64,000 nucleotides of DNA from Yuukianura sp. NJ FZ-2021 (lineage: Eukaryota), in the NCBI GenBank assembly GCA_046563655.1, contig CM102286.1, forward strand, positions 6,882,001-6,946,000, given 5' to 3'. The translations under genes and the position numbers were made by a program. Below the pieces are notes generated by a model that saw only the letters and a list, made by a program, of their open reading frames with translations, had not been told where the DNA came from and did not search any database. How positions within the stretch are numbered: position 1 is the stretch's first letter; every line of letters starts with the position of its first letter. Shown piece after piece: positions 19,066 through 31,926 of the stretch.

Positions 19066-19391
19066 ATTATGTCTCATCAATATTGACGAAGCTAAGTATA
19101 GGTCAAATAAATAGGGCCCGTAAGTACCCCCTCCCCTTCAGAGGGTCCCTTTGGATGGTATAATTGACTAAAGAGTCCAAAGACATTAGTACCAATTTCC
19201 AATTCCAAAGACAATGAGAACAAGTCCCCAGAGAGTCCACCCAATTCCAACGTGGGCCCAAACTTAGTTTTTATTACCCACTTGTTACAGGATACACTCC
19301 AGTGTACACACTCTTCTAACTTCTTCGGCAACCGGCAATGATTTGGCTAACACAGAGGTATGGTACACCATACTTTCTCCAGAAAACTTTG
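19066..19391. repeat. Copy 1 of a diverged direct duplication (copy 2 at 25536-25861)
   Basis: Both copies start ATTATGTCTCATCAATATTGA and share the near-identical core CATTAGTACCAATTTCCAATTCCAAAGACAATGAGAACAAGTCCCCAGAGAGTCC. Confidence 0.9.
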
Positions 19392-19938
19392 AAAAACTCC
19401 TTCGTATCTCGTGTTCTAGTCACTCAAAATTATGGGGAAAAAATTGTTTACGACTTTACGCCGTAATTTTGAAAATATTTGTGTAAGGTAGGGAATGCGG
19501 CTTGAAACTACTACATTTTAAAAAATTGTGGTCTATATCTTGAGTTAGTTATCGTTTTTATTTATCTGTGTGTTAGATTATTTTATGATCTTATTATTAT
19601 GTTGTGCGGGGATGTGTTACGTTGTGGTTTTGTTAATTTTGTAACTCTACCGAATGCTTACGAAAACCAGCGCTCGCCTTTTCCAATCTTAAAGAAAACA
19701 AGATTTGTTAAACAATTTGGATCATTAGATTCTTGGAAGCATGCGTCAGAAGTGTTAGTTCCTAGTACCTGTGGCCTACAAAAATTAATACAATTCGCTA
19801 TACGCTCTAATGTTAGATCTAAAATTCTAGAAAGATCTGTCTCAGAAACGAAAGAAGTTTGTGAAAGGTTTCGCTTGACAAGAGGGAAAAGAGGGGAATG
19901 ACTTCCATTTTGATTCCTTCCAGCATCCGTCTTGGGTA

Positions 19939-22139
19939 TCAATTAGAGATGAAAGGCTGCTTTTCAGTGACATCTAACTCATCACTGAGGTTGAGGCTAC
20001 TACAAGACGATGATGGCGAATGGAGTCCAGCGCGGGACAACCCATGACATATTCTCCTGTACTTCCGATTAGCGGTCTGTAATTTCCTAGGGAATGGATC
20101 ACCTGAATTAAATATGAGCATTTCAAACACTAAAAACAACAGGAAGCGTCTGAAGCAAAAGTTTCCTCATTTTTGCACACTCCAATCAAACGACGTTTCA
20201 AGCAGCGAAGGCTTCCAAAACTTTTGAACCCTATATCTTATTAATGCCTGCCGACTGCCTTCCAAACCCTCACTAGGCGTCATAGACAAAAACGGATGCC
20301 CGGTTTCCCATGTAGCCACCCCGGCTACTGGTCGGGGTCATTTTGACCCCGGTGAGGGGTGGAGGTCGTGGGGGAGTCGGGAACCCCAGTAAGGGGGGTG
20401 AAAAGTCGATTTTGGAACTAGGGCTGTTACGGATCCGGGTCCAAGATCCGAACCTGTAATCGGATCCGGTTTCGGTTCGGGTACGGTTCTGAATTGTGAA
20501 GATCCGTAACACCGGTTCCGGTTCCGGATCGGTTCCGGTTCTTATACTAGAACCGCCGGGTCCAAAAGTAGATCCGGACCGGATCCGGACCATAATTTCA
20601 AAAGCAGAAAATTCCCATCTCAATCGTGTGAATCGGGAATTTAGCAAAAAATCACTCGTGATTTTTTAGCAATTTCTGGAACCGGAGTGCCAGTAGAAAC
20701 ACTTTTCTATGTTGGGTCTAATCTTTTGTCATATAAACGTATGTCACTCAAACCGCAAAGTGCTATTGAATCCATATACGTATGAAACCCTGGCTGGAAT
20801 TTGGGCAGGAGAGAGAATTTGCAGCGAAGTAATTTATGGAGGGGGTAGTTGACAAGAGTAGTGGAATGGTATGTTAGATTAGAGACAATACGGTTGGGAT
20901 AAAAAAATAAATCTATCCTAAAATAGAATGGCGGCTAGGTTTTCGGATCCGGTTCCGGTTCGGATCGGATCCGGTTCGGGTCCGGATCGGATACGGTTCC
21001 CTTTATTTAAGTCCGGGACCAGCTACAAGACTAAGGTTCGGTTCCGGTTCTTTCAAGATCCGGACCGATCCGGATCCGTAACAGCCCTATTTGGAACACA
21101 TATTTTAAAAATTTTCGCCGATATCTTCATTGGGATGTTTCCTGACCGTCTTACCGGGGTCAAATTGACTTTCGTTCCCAAAAATTTCTTGCGCCTTCGG
21201 CGCAACAGTTTGTTTTTAGGGGTCCTTGGGTCCTCTGACCGGGGTCAAATTGACTTTCGTACTTCAAAATCTCAAAATTTCCTGCGCCTCCGGCGCAGCA
21301 AAATCGTTTCAGGGGTCTTTTGAGCCACTAACCGGGCTCAAATTGACTTTCCGGCCTCAACATCTCAAATTTTCTTGCGCCTTCGGCGCAAATTTAATTT
21401 TACGGAGGCTTCCATCTTGTCGGTTGAGTTTTCAAGCTTAAAAAAGCGAAGATTTCTTGCACCTTGCATATCTAGGGCCAATATAATTAACGATTTACGA
21501 AAACTAAAAAAAAAAGAAAAAAAAAGTTTTGACCCCGGTCAGACCCCCGTCCCCGGGACCCCGGGCAGCGCTGAGGCATCCGTTCATGTCTGTAACTGTT
21601 ATGTAACTGTTACATATACATTCGTCCAGCAGTTTCTACCAATAAAACTGAGTCCGCGCGTTATTTCGTAGTACGTAGCTTGACAAAGGGTACGTGGATT
21701 AGGTGTGTCAAGACACGGCTGAGGATTTGGGCTCATAAAGTGACAACTTTGACACTGCCAGCTTCTGCTGTCTCCCCAAAGTGTAAATAATGTGAGCGAG
21801 TTTGGAATTTGAAGATGACACGAGATGCTGCAAGGAAGATGAGAATTGAGAACAAACGCCAATTTATCCCAAACCTACTTCATTCCTATTCGAAATTTTA
21901 CGCGCAAAGGGGGTGACACCCACACAGTCATCCCCCCGTATTGCTTGATCCACCGTTTTTATTAGCCCCGCAAACATCAGCTTAAAAGACTCGGGTGTCG
22001 GCAGGGAAGCCTCTTTTCAAAAACTCGATTTCAAAGCATATTTAAAAAGTGACACTTGAAACGTCTCATCCTTCTCTAGCAGTGTCAATCTCTTTCACGC
22101 TTCAAACTTACACGTAAGTGCATAGAAGAACCAAGTCAT
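19939..22139 (-). CDS. Possible small two-exon gene (63 aa), tentative
   Basis: Exon 22139-22112 (MTWFFYALT, donor GTAAGT) joins in frame to exon 20102-19939 (acceptor TTCAG; CDPFPRKLQTANRKYRRICHG...QPFISN*). No homology support. Confidence 0.25.
20281..21594. mobile_element. Older non-autonomous DNA transposon (MITE-like) interrupted by a hAT MITE
   Basis: Imperfect TIRs CATAGACAAAAACGGATGCC / GGCATCCGTTCATGTCTGTA. Repeated GGGGTCAAATTGAC / TTTTGACCCCGG motifs and three GCGCCTTCGGCGCA-type hairpin units at 21181-21392. No clear TSD. Confidence 0.65.
20419..21089. mobile_element. hAT-type MITE (671 bp)
   Basis: Perfect 20-bp TIR TAGGGCTGTTACGGATCCGG. Exact 8-bp TSD TTTGGAAC at 20411-20418 and 21090-21097. 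Subterminal CGGATC/CGGTTC arrays. Confidence 0.92.
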
Positions 22140-23247
22140 ACCCGTTTTGTAAGGAAGCCTTACGAGGAAGTAAGTGACCGCCACTCTGCATGGCAGGTTG
22201 TGAAAGCATAGTTGTATGCTGAATTATTGGAAATTTGATATTCCTCCATTTCAACTTTTCAGTCAAATCTACAAAACCAAAAAGAAGAATAAAAATTCCG
22301 AAAAATCCATGCACTACATCAAAACTTCACCCGACACTTCACTGATTTTATAAATCTATGCACACAACACTCAAAATATATAAATCACACTTCCATTTCC
22401 AGACATAAATATATGTTAGTAAACACTTTACAAAAGTTTTCCACAAAAATAGCACCATTTTCCACTGAAATTCTTGGTTAGAAAACCATCACCTTCAAAA
22501 AAAAATTGCAAGCGACAGGAATAACTTTAGTTAAAGAAAAGTAGAAGTTCCACGCTCACCAAAATCCTTCGAATTTTGTAAAATCACGGTGAGTTATGAC
22601 CGCCTTGGTTTACCTCTTGACCTTGAAAGGTTTGGGAAATTTCAAATCAAATTCAAGTTTTCTGTTCCGAAGAACTGGAATTTGGCTCACTTTCCATTCC
22701 AACTACCAAGTTGTGGTAAAGAAAAGAAAAGCCAGGAGCTATTACCGATAGATAATATACAGCATCCTCAGTGTACGGATAAGATACAAGTTCGACCAAA
22801 GGACACAGAAAGTAGATACAACATTTCCATTACTCTGACCTCCACCTGCCACTTTTATACATTCCAAAATAAAAAGTAGTACATTTTTTGGCCCATGTTT
22901 GCAGTAGATTCCAAATTCGTAGAAAAAGTATCCAAATTTGGCGTTTTGAACGGTAAAATACTCTTGAAACGTTGTTTTCCACTCTCCCTTTGTAAAATCT
23001 TTGAACCAATCTCATACATTTCAAAAAAAATGTATCTTCTCCTTCTTCATCTTTCTCTTTTTTAAAATTTTCCACTTCTTGATAAAATTGAAATTTTGAA
23101 ATTCCAGTTGTGCTTTGAAGTGAGGAGCAACATGTGGCAAAGATAATAAGACAAAGAGAATGAAACTTCTGGAGTCCAGTACCATACCACAGTGGCCTCC
23201 CATCCAGAAAACCACGAGAGAAAGTTTTAAGGGGAAAGTGGAGCGGC

Positions 23248-23285
23248 TATAAAAGGCCTTTCGCCCAATACCCTCCACACAGTCC
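23248..23285 (+). promoter_or_regulatory. TATA box plus Inr-like element of the neuropeptide precursor gene
   Basis: TATAAAA at 23248-23254, with CAGTC about 30 nt downstream. It lies about 290 nt upstream of the ATG exon at 23538. Confidence 0.6.
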
Positions 23286-23537
23286 GCATTCGGAGTGAGT
23301 CCCCACCTCACTAACCTAACAAAAGACATACGTTCATCCCTTGGGCAAGACGCAAAGTACACCAAAGGACACCTTTTGTCGTTAACACTTTGTCTTTTCT
23401 TCATTAAACATAAGCTTTCTTCCGTTCAAGGGAACGTCACGCCTCAATCTCTTCATCTCGCACGAAACACAGAATTAAGGACTACGCACAAAACCTTACT
23501 CAAAATTACCCTTTCTTCAACTTTCTTCTTCACTACA

Positions 23538-26500
23538 ATGCTCTCCTATCAGTTGGTAAGCAAAAGACGCGTAACTAAATCTTTGTCAAAATCTTCAGTC
23601 TCTCATTCCATAATTTAATCCAGCAGAAATACATAACACAGCTTCCCTAAAATAGGACATGACGTATATTACATAAGTTTGCGACCAAATTCCTCATACG
23701 TTAATTAGTTTGCATAACATAACCCACCAATTTTTGCTATTGAAATGGGAAACATAGTCAAAAATTAAGTTGTCAAAACAACCTAAACAAACCTAGTAAT
23801 TAACTGAACCATATACTTTAAATCAAGAAATTTATCTTCAAATTATACCACATAAATTATTGATTTAATTACCCTAAACCGTTACCTTAAGTTATGTTTT
23901 AGAAATATGGCTTGTGTTTCTTTCAGGATTGGTTATGTAAAATATGCTTAGGGATGATAGGAGTACGTGTTGCTATGTAACGTTACTATGTTATGTAACG
24001 GGAAAGCTGGCCCCTGGAGGGGATGGAAAGCAGAAGCTCCCAATTAATTATTGCCTAAACGTTGCGTGTTTGGCGCCACGGTTTGAATGGCTTCTTTTAA
24101 TTCCAAATTGGAATGACTTTCAGCGCAGGAGGCAATTAAGAAAATTACAATGTCAAACAAGCCCTGTTTAGGCCTAGCTAAGGTAAATGCTTATACTTTA
24201 GGTTTCCGGCTTGGAACCTCTGCGGGTTAGAATTTGGTTGGGGTTAGTTAGTCGTAACATTCAATTCGGGTCGAGATTAAAGTCTAACTAGGTTAGTAGT
24301 TTTCAACCGATGAATAATAAGCTTCCGATGCAAAGAGCATCGGAACAACGCTTTATTTCAATTTTAAATCGAACAACAGATTAGGCTTAAATTGACTGAC
24401 AGATTGGTTGGCGTACCCGCTGCTAGGGGGTTGACAAGGTGTCAGCGATGGATTTTTTGTTTAGAAAATTCCAGAAATGCAGGAACTCATTTGAAATGTT
24501 CGTGACTTTCATTTGGGTTTTGGATTGATCTAGAATAGATAGTATGATTGAATTAATGCAATTTTATTTATGGCGTTGATATAATGGACAGGGGGTTGGT
24601 CTTTAATGGGAAAGTCAACCACAAGCATCGGCAGTCATCACGATTCTTAAATGAGCCTTCAAACAACCGCGTGCTTAAACAAACACCTCGTTTAACTACT
24701 TCCGCCTTCTCACCCGCCATTCGAAATGACCAAGTTTCAAGAATTTCTGTGACGCAAACTTTGAAATTAAAAAAGTTGCGCCATAAAGTAGAAGCCCTTA
24801 AGGTGTGACAGCCTACAATATCTGAATTGATTCGTTTTACTACTTTTCTTTTGCTCACGCCAAGAATTGATTTGATTTTCTGGAGAACTGGGTATAAATT
24901 GGAATCCATCAAAAATAAAATGGGAAGCAATTGGTTATGTGAAGGTGGTAAAACAATGATTTGAGGCGACTGGTGACGTGATTTGAGTGGTTGTATGGCG
25001 GGGGCATGGTGGTTGGGGGATCGGGTGCTGGCTGGAGGCTTCGTTTCCACTTCAAAGCACAACCCCCATTTCCAATTTGTTTCAACAAATAAAAACACAA
25101 ATAAAGAATCCATGACATCCAATTCCCAACACTACCTTACGTTTGTTACGCTCCACTCCTTGCAACCTAGTTAAGTTTTGTAATAGTTACACAGAGTTAA
25201 AGTAGTGCTAAGGCTCACAAAGTTCGCCAAAGTCCAAAACTTTACGGTTAGGCCACATTAGGTTACGGTACATATCACTCTGAGAAAGTTCGGCAGTGCT
25301 ACGCACGGCTAGTGAAAATTTCCGTCAGGCTAGTACTAGAAGAAAGCTGGATTGTGCTACTACAACACAATGCTTACTATGTTAGGTTATTGTCTAAAGA
25401 CTCTTGAGTTGAACATTGGAGCGTATTATAGCTTACATCCCCCACCCTAATTTAACCTAACCGCCCCCACATTGACTCAAATGAACATTTGAATTCATAA
25501 GGCGGACACTGTTCCAGAAGGAATCCTTAATACTGATTATGTCTCATCAATATTGATGAAGCTACAGATAGGCCAAGGGACTGTTCTAAGTCTCCGCTTC
25601 GATTGAGGGTTTTTTGAATGGCGTAATTGACTTAAAGAGTCCAAAAACATTAGTACCAATTTCCAATTCCAAAGACAATGAGAACAAGTCCCCAGAGAGT
25701 CCGCCCAATTCCAACACGGGTTCAAACTTATCTACTTTTTATTACCCGCTTGTTGCAGATACCCTCAAGTGTACACCCACTTTACTCTACTCACCTAACA
25801 TTAGGTTAACATTAGGCTAACACGGAGCTCTTGTACACGACACTTTCTCTCAAAAACTTTGCACCCCTCTTTCAAAGGTCTTCCGTAATTAGGCAAGCTA
25901 TCACACCATTAACAATGCCAAACACACCGAATAAACAGATCTGATGCCAACAGTCCTTAAAAGTTGACCGTCAAGTAAAAATGTCCAAAACTCTTTCTGC
26001 TTCTACAGTCTAAATACCAATCTACTCTACAACAGTATTGGTATTTAATTATCTCATTAAAACTGTATTGAAAAAGCATGATTATGGGTTGCCTAATCTA
26101 ACCAAAACTGGGGTTGTGGCGAAACCTGTGTGATTAAAAGTAACCTATTTATTTGAGAAATCAATTTTTTTTTTGGTAAAGCAGCACTCACTATTCTCAT
26201 TCTACTGGAAATTGATCAAAGGGGATATTTTTGAAATCTAAAAATGAAATGAGCTGTTTTCGAAAAGGAGGCCAACTTTTCAAAATATTTGTGTAAAAAG
26301 AGACAACGTGGTTAAGAACATTGCAAAGTTGGTGTGTGTTATTTTTATCAAAACAAATTTGTATAGATTATGTTAATTTACTATTCGGTATTAGGTATGA
26401 CAGGTATTACTTAACTCTATTCTCATTTTGTTCGCATAGGGTATTTTCATTTATTGCCTTATATGGTGCTTGGTTGAGCTAAAACCTACCGTAGTAAAGC

Positions 26501-29500
26501 CACAAACTTAACTGGCCTGGAGGTAACGTTATGCAACCTAACTATCGAAGAATTCAGCTTCCTCATTAGTGATGTAGGAGTTTAACTTTCTGTTGTTTTT
26601 TGAAGGAGTTTTATTTTATACATTCAAAAGGCAACTTTGGCTTTCTTCTATTCTACTCTGCATGCCCTTTCTCCTTTTTTTCTTTTTTTTTTCTTTCTGT
26701 TTTTAATATATTTCTTGTTGAAAATGTTGATATTTTCGCTGCAATCGGTTTTGTTCCTTGGAAGAAATGATGCTCAACATTATGTTATTATTTTTGAAGT
26801 GGATATACTCTCACATTCACTTATTTGTTTGAGTAAGTTCGTCCTACAAGTAAAAAATTTTCTTTTCAAAAGAATTATCTGTTTATCTTGGCGAACAAAT
26901 TTTGCTGGCCTTTATACCCACGATTTCATTTACATTTCACAAGAAAAAAGTCGTCTTACACTTAAACAAGGACGGAAACGTTGCTTGTGGTGTTATGGTT
27001 ATGTTATGCTAGCATTATGTTGTATTATGCAATATTATGTTAGGTCCCCTGTAAATGAAAGCGATTGGTGAAAGTGCAACGCGACATGACTTCTGTTAGA
27101 TTTTCAGTTTTCATGGTGGAAGTTGTGTTAAATTGGAGGAAGTGAATAGTTGTTTGGATTAGTTTAAGTCCGTGCGAGGGAGGAAGTGAAAACAAATGAA
27201 GTTTGGATTTGGCGTGGTTTTGTGGGTATTGAGCGCCCAGGATTCAAACTTTCCCCAATTAAACTCAACACACAGCAACAACTCCATACAGGGACTCCAC
27301 ATAACAAAAAATTGAAAGCAGCTACGAAGATTCTGCCAATTAAAACATTTCCCAACACACCAACTCATTAATAAAAGGTCAAACCAAAAAAGAGTAGGCA
27401 CTCAAATCTCAAAATTAGGTTAGGTTATGGTTAGTTTACCGCCCTCTACCTCTACAATTTTTTTTCAACTCTGAACTTTGACCTATCACCTCTGACTAAA
27501 ACCTAATACCCAATGTGGCGGAATTCATACATTTGTAAAGTGGCGGTATCGTACGTAATTTAGCAAAATTTTTGTGACGTAAAATGTAAAAGTACGTAAC
27601 ATTTGTCATTTTGTAAAATTTACGTGACGTACTGTACTTCGACGATTTAAGGAATCGAGAATAACGCTTCTGTTTCGATGGTATATATGTTTCAAGTGTG
27701 GGACAAGGAGAACGCCTTGAGCAAATTTGAGCGAATTTCGGCAAGGAAAATAAAAATGTACTATTTCAAAATTGACTCATTTCGGATAATTTCAGCGGAA
27801 AAATTGTAAAGCAAAAGAATATTATATGCAAGTTAAAAATTTGGATTTTTTTTTTAAATTGAACTTCTCTTCTTGCTTTAAGACATTTCACATTTAAATA
27901 GGCACTTAAACCGAAAAACAGAACACGAATTTTCTTAAAAGAGGGGGCGGGAATTTTGAAAATTGGTACATATCACTGTTGGAGGCTCCGAAATTGGAGC
28001 TCCCGCTTAAATTTTATTTCATTTTAAAAAACTGGAGGAAAATTGACGGTGTTTGGAGAAAGTTGGGTTTGATGGGGCTCTTTCCTGTCACGCGGCTGAG
28101 TGAGGTGTAATAACATTCAAAATTGTGCAAATATTGATTCGAATTCTTAACTTTTTCCGCTTCAGAAGGTTTGGCTCCCCCTGCAGCACTTTTAAACGGG
28201 AGCACGCCATTGTTTCAAATGAATTGTTTCAAAAAAAATTGTTTCAAAACAGCAGTTGTTTAGGGTTTAAGGCTTAGATTAGGTTAATTTGGATTAGAAT
28301 AATTAAGTTTAGGTTAGTTATGTAATTTTAGGTTAGGTTAGGTTATGTTTAGGTATGAAAATTAGGTTTTTGAAATAATTTTTTTTTGAAACAATTCGTA
28401 TTTGAAACAATTCATTTGAAACAATGGCATGGAACCCTTTTAAACAGCAGGGCCAAAATCATGTTACATTTGATTACACAATTTCTGCATCAGTTTGTAA
28501 CTTACCTACATGTTAAATTAAAGCTAGAAATGTTCCACAAATACTATCTCATTTAGGATCCCGAGTTCCCAGTTCATCAAATTTCTTTCATGTGAGGAAT
28601 GAACATCCGAAAGTTAAAAAATTTAGAAAGGACACTCCGACGCAAACATTTGAAAATTCAAAGTATAATAACGGCAGGGGTTTGGGAGTCTTCCAACAAC
28701 TGTAAACGTTTAACATGTACATTTGACCCTAAATAAAAATAAGCGCCCAAATAGTCTTTCTCCAATAAGTATTTCAATTTCTAAAATTCTGACTTTGACC
28801 TCTGACTTGACTTAGTTCACTGTTTCATTTATGTCATTATCTCAAAAGATCATCGTAAAAAAATTCAAAACTCGCAAATTCATAAAAATTATTTGAACCG
28901 AAACTTTGTACGTATACTCCGAAGTCTTAAATAAAATGAAGCGAACTTCCTCATATTTTCCAATGTCAAGAGAAAGTTCTAGTTACTTTCCCTTTCAGTC
29001 TAAAATTCGTCACTCTCCAACTCAATTGCAGGATACAGACAAGGAAATGCAAAAATGCAAATGTTGTTCACTACAAATAACGTATTTTTTATCATTCACT
29101 TTTCATTAATTTCGGAAATGTCGACAACAAAATTTAAAAGAAATTGATAATTGATGTCTAAAATTTTTTTTTAAATGCGAAATTGTAGAAACACGGCATT
29201 GTTGTAAGTATTTTTGCGTACACATTCATTTCGAACTTATGACGCATGTTGTTCTTGACAGTGGCACAGTTTGAGTTGGAATGCTAGGTTAAGGTTAGGG
29301 TAGTCTGACTTTGTAGCTAGTCCTAATGGAACAAAAACGCATTTGGAAAGTTAAGTTGTGGCCATAGTAAATAATAACTTGTTCACTTTTAGATTCTAAT
29401 TGAAGCCAACCTTTAAATGTTTGATTAGTTAATCAAGGGAGCGTCCGAAGAGCCTCGAACTTGAATCATGGGAAAGTGCACAAGATGAGTCCACTGGGAG

Positions 29501-31926
29501 ACAAGGGAAAGTGACGTGGGTAGAAAGTCCACTTTGGCCACCCCTCCCCACCCACTCCACCCACTCCCATGCATAACCACCAGTGTCTCCCACATTAAAA
29601 AATCATACTACTCCACTCAAAATGGCGACTCAGAGATTGTTCTGTGGTCCTTAAAAGCTCCCTCTGTCTAATCCACAAACTCTCCTAAGTACCAAACCAT
29701 CAAATCCCACAATGTTTATCTCTGAATGTACCGTATGAATAAAAAGGCGGAAGAAATTTGTCATAACTTTTGGATTAGAACTTAACAAGAAGTGGCATCA
29801 CTTGAATTAAACAAACTCAATTTACATAGTTGACAACCGCGAGTATCTTTGGATAAACAAGTTGTTTAGGCAAGAAACTGGAGAACCCTAAGATCTACGA
29901 TCTACCAGATACTTGTCTAAACACTTCTTACAACACGGAAAATAAAATTCCCACAAAACAAAGTAAAGGAATAATCACAATTTGCGGCTGGATTGTAAAA
30001 TAACAAAATAATGAAATTATGCAACACTTTGTACATCAAAGACCTCAATTAGCACCAAAGTCAACTTCGGCAACACGGTGTACACAGTAAAGGCTAATCA
30101 TTTCCCAACAAATTTATTCCAAGAATGCAAATTCTTTTCAAATTATAAGCGCGTGTTCGAAAACTTATACAGTTGCCGTTTTTTTTTCTAAATGTTTAAA
30201 ATTGAGTTATGCATTGTGAACAAAAAACTTTGGAGTTTTTTCCTGTGCATAAATTAGGATGTGTTTAATTTTCAAAGGGAAAATTGAACAGAAACAACTG
30301 TTGAATCCATACTTTGGAGTTCTCACTTTTGACTATTTCGAAAGCTGTTGAGGTGAATGGAGAAAAGTAAACAAGAGAAAAAAATTCACGTGCGAGTGAA
30401 AGATGAAAGTGAAGAGATTTTCCCCAGGGAAAACAATTGTTTTTCTTGAGCACAGACTTCCTAATAACCACAGGAACTCCCGCTATTTTGATAGCAGTAC
30501 AGTTCTTATTAGTCTTGACTTTTCCACTGCCTCCGGCCATTCCAGGGATAAATGTCCACTAGACTCCAAATTAATTTGAAATTGAGCCACTTTCGGCGTG
30601 AAACTGCCTTTGACCTTGTGCCCTCCACATGACTTCAAAGTTTGAGTTCCACACTCCTTAATCCAATGCCTCCGTTAGCACCAGAGAGCAGTCTTTGACT
30701 TTGTCACGAACAAAATCCTCACCAGTCCTTTAAAATCTATGAAATTTAAAACAAACTCTTTCAGAAAAAAACTAATTTAGAATAAAGTGGTGGAGAGACC
30801 TTAAAAGAACGTGCTAACTCTTTTGAAAACGCGAATCTCTTGTTTGATGTCCTTTGTGTATTGTATTCTCTTATAGACCTCGTTGCTGTGGGTGTGTTTG
30901 TCGGGCATCTGGCTGGTCCATGGAAAGCCCAATTCGGCCATCCCTGGAATACTCAGCCTTCCAGAATCTGGAAACGACCTCCGACATGGACCGAGATCAC
31001 TGGTCCACGCAACGGGTTGGGACAAGTCCTTCACAGCGCCGGGCCAACACGACATATTCCTGACTCCTCCATTCTCCCACAGCCACGCTTCAAGTCAAAG
31101 TAAGAAATGAATACCTATGTCACATCTTTAGTGCACAATTCATAAATGATTATCTATTAATTCAAAATTATAAGTATAATTGATTTATAAGTGTAACTAA
31201 CTGCGTATTGTCTATTGTGTAACAGATCTGGGCAAATCCGACGCCGTCAGGCAGAAAAGGACTCCGTCTGGATTCACAGCCCGCGGATTCCACGAGGGCG
31301 TCTTTGACCGAGACTTTGGCCACTTCTCCCCCGTCAAACGAACCTCCAAGCGTCGTCCAGAAGCCGGTACTTCTGAATTTTTAAATTTCAGCGCCAAAAT
31401 CTTAGCCTCTATAACCATACCGATTTATTGGTGTGATTCTCTGTTAGACGCCTCTGGATTCTACGGAGACACTTTCAGTAACGGATTTGGAGAATTTGAA
31501 ACCATGAAGCGAGATGACAGCTACCTGGTAAAAAAATAATACTACACATTCTATACACTTAATATTGTAACAAAAAAATAACAAATCTTATTTCCAACCG
31601 TCGCAGACTGAAGACGACATTCGACGACTGCTGAAGAGAACGGAGATGAGGGCCAATGGATTTGACAGCGATACTTTCAATCAGGTACGTAAATCCTATG
31701 TTGTCAAAATTTTCAAAAGCTTCAGGATTTTTAACTCAAGTTTTGGCTTATCGAAAACTCCGTTTTCTATTTCCAGGGGTTTGGAAAATTTGAGACAATG
31801 AAGAGGCGACTGGTGAATTTGGCAGAGGCGGGAGTGGTAAAACGAGGTCCAGAAATGACGAAAAGTGGATTTCACGGAGACGTTTTCACGAGCGGCTTCG
31901 GAGAGTTCCACCCAATGAAAAAATAA
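23538..31926 (+). CDS. Neuropeptide precursor (229 aa) with four GF-x4-F-x3-FG-x-F paracopies; resembles Carausius neuropeptide-like precursor (CNP)
   Basis: Exons 23538-23555, 30877-31099, 31226-31366, 31448-31527, 31607-31684 and 31777-31926 are all GT-AG with compatible phases (690 nt). Signal peptide MLSYQLTSLLWVCLSGIWLVHG. The repeats are flanked by KR/KK. Exon 1 is inferred. Confidence 0.88.
25536..25861. repeat. Copy 2 of the diverged direct duplication
   Basis: Aligns by eye with 19066-19391. Confidence 0.9.
28198..28437. mobile_element. Small MITE with GGG...CCC termini and a TTAGG-rich centre
   Basis: TIR core GCCATTGTTTCAAATGAATTGTTTCAAA and its inverse. Direct repeat TTTTAAAC at 28190-28197 and 28438-28445. 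Confidence 0.8.

Noticed and set aside
26637..27071. 144-aa Phe/Leu-rich ORF
   Set aside because: T-rich intronic low-complexity sequence with a non-ATG start and no motif.
24230..28350. Scattered GGTTA/TTAGG runs suggesting telomeric repeats or a telomerase RNA template
   Set aside because: The runs are short, degenerate and dispersed, partly inside a MITE. No array or convincing Pol III gene context is visible.
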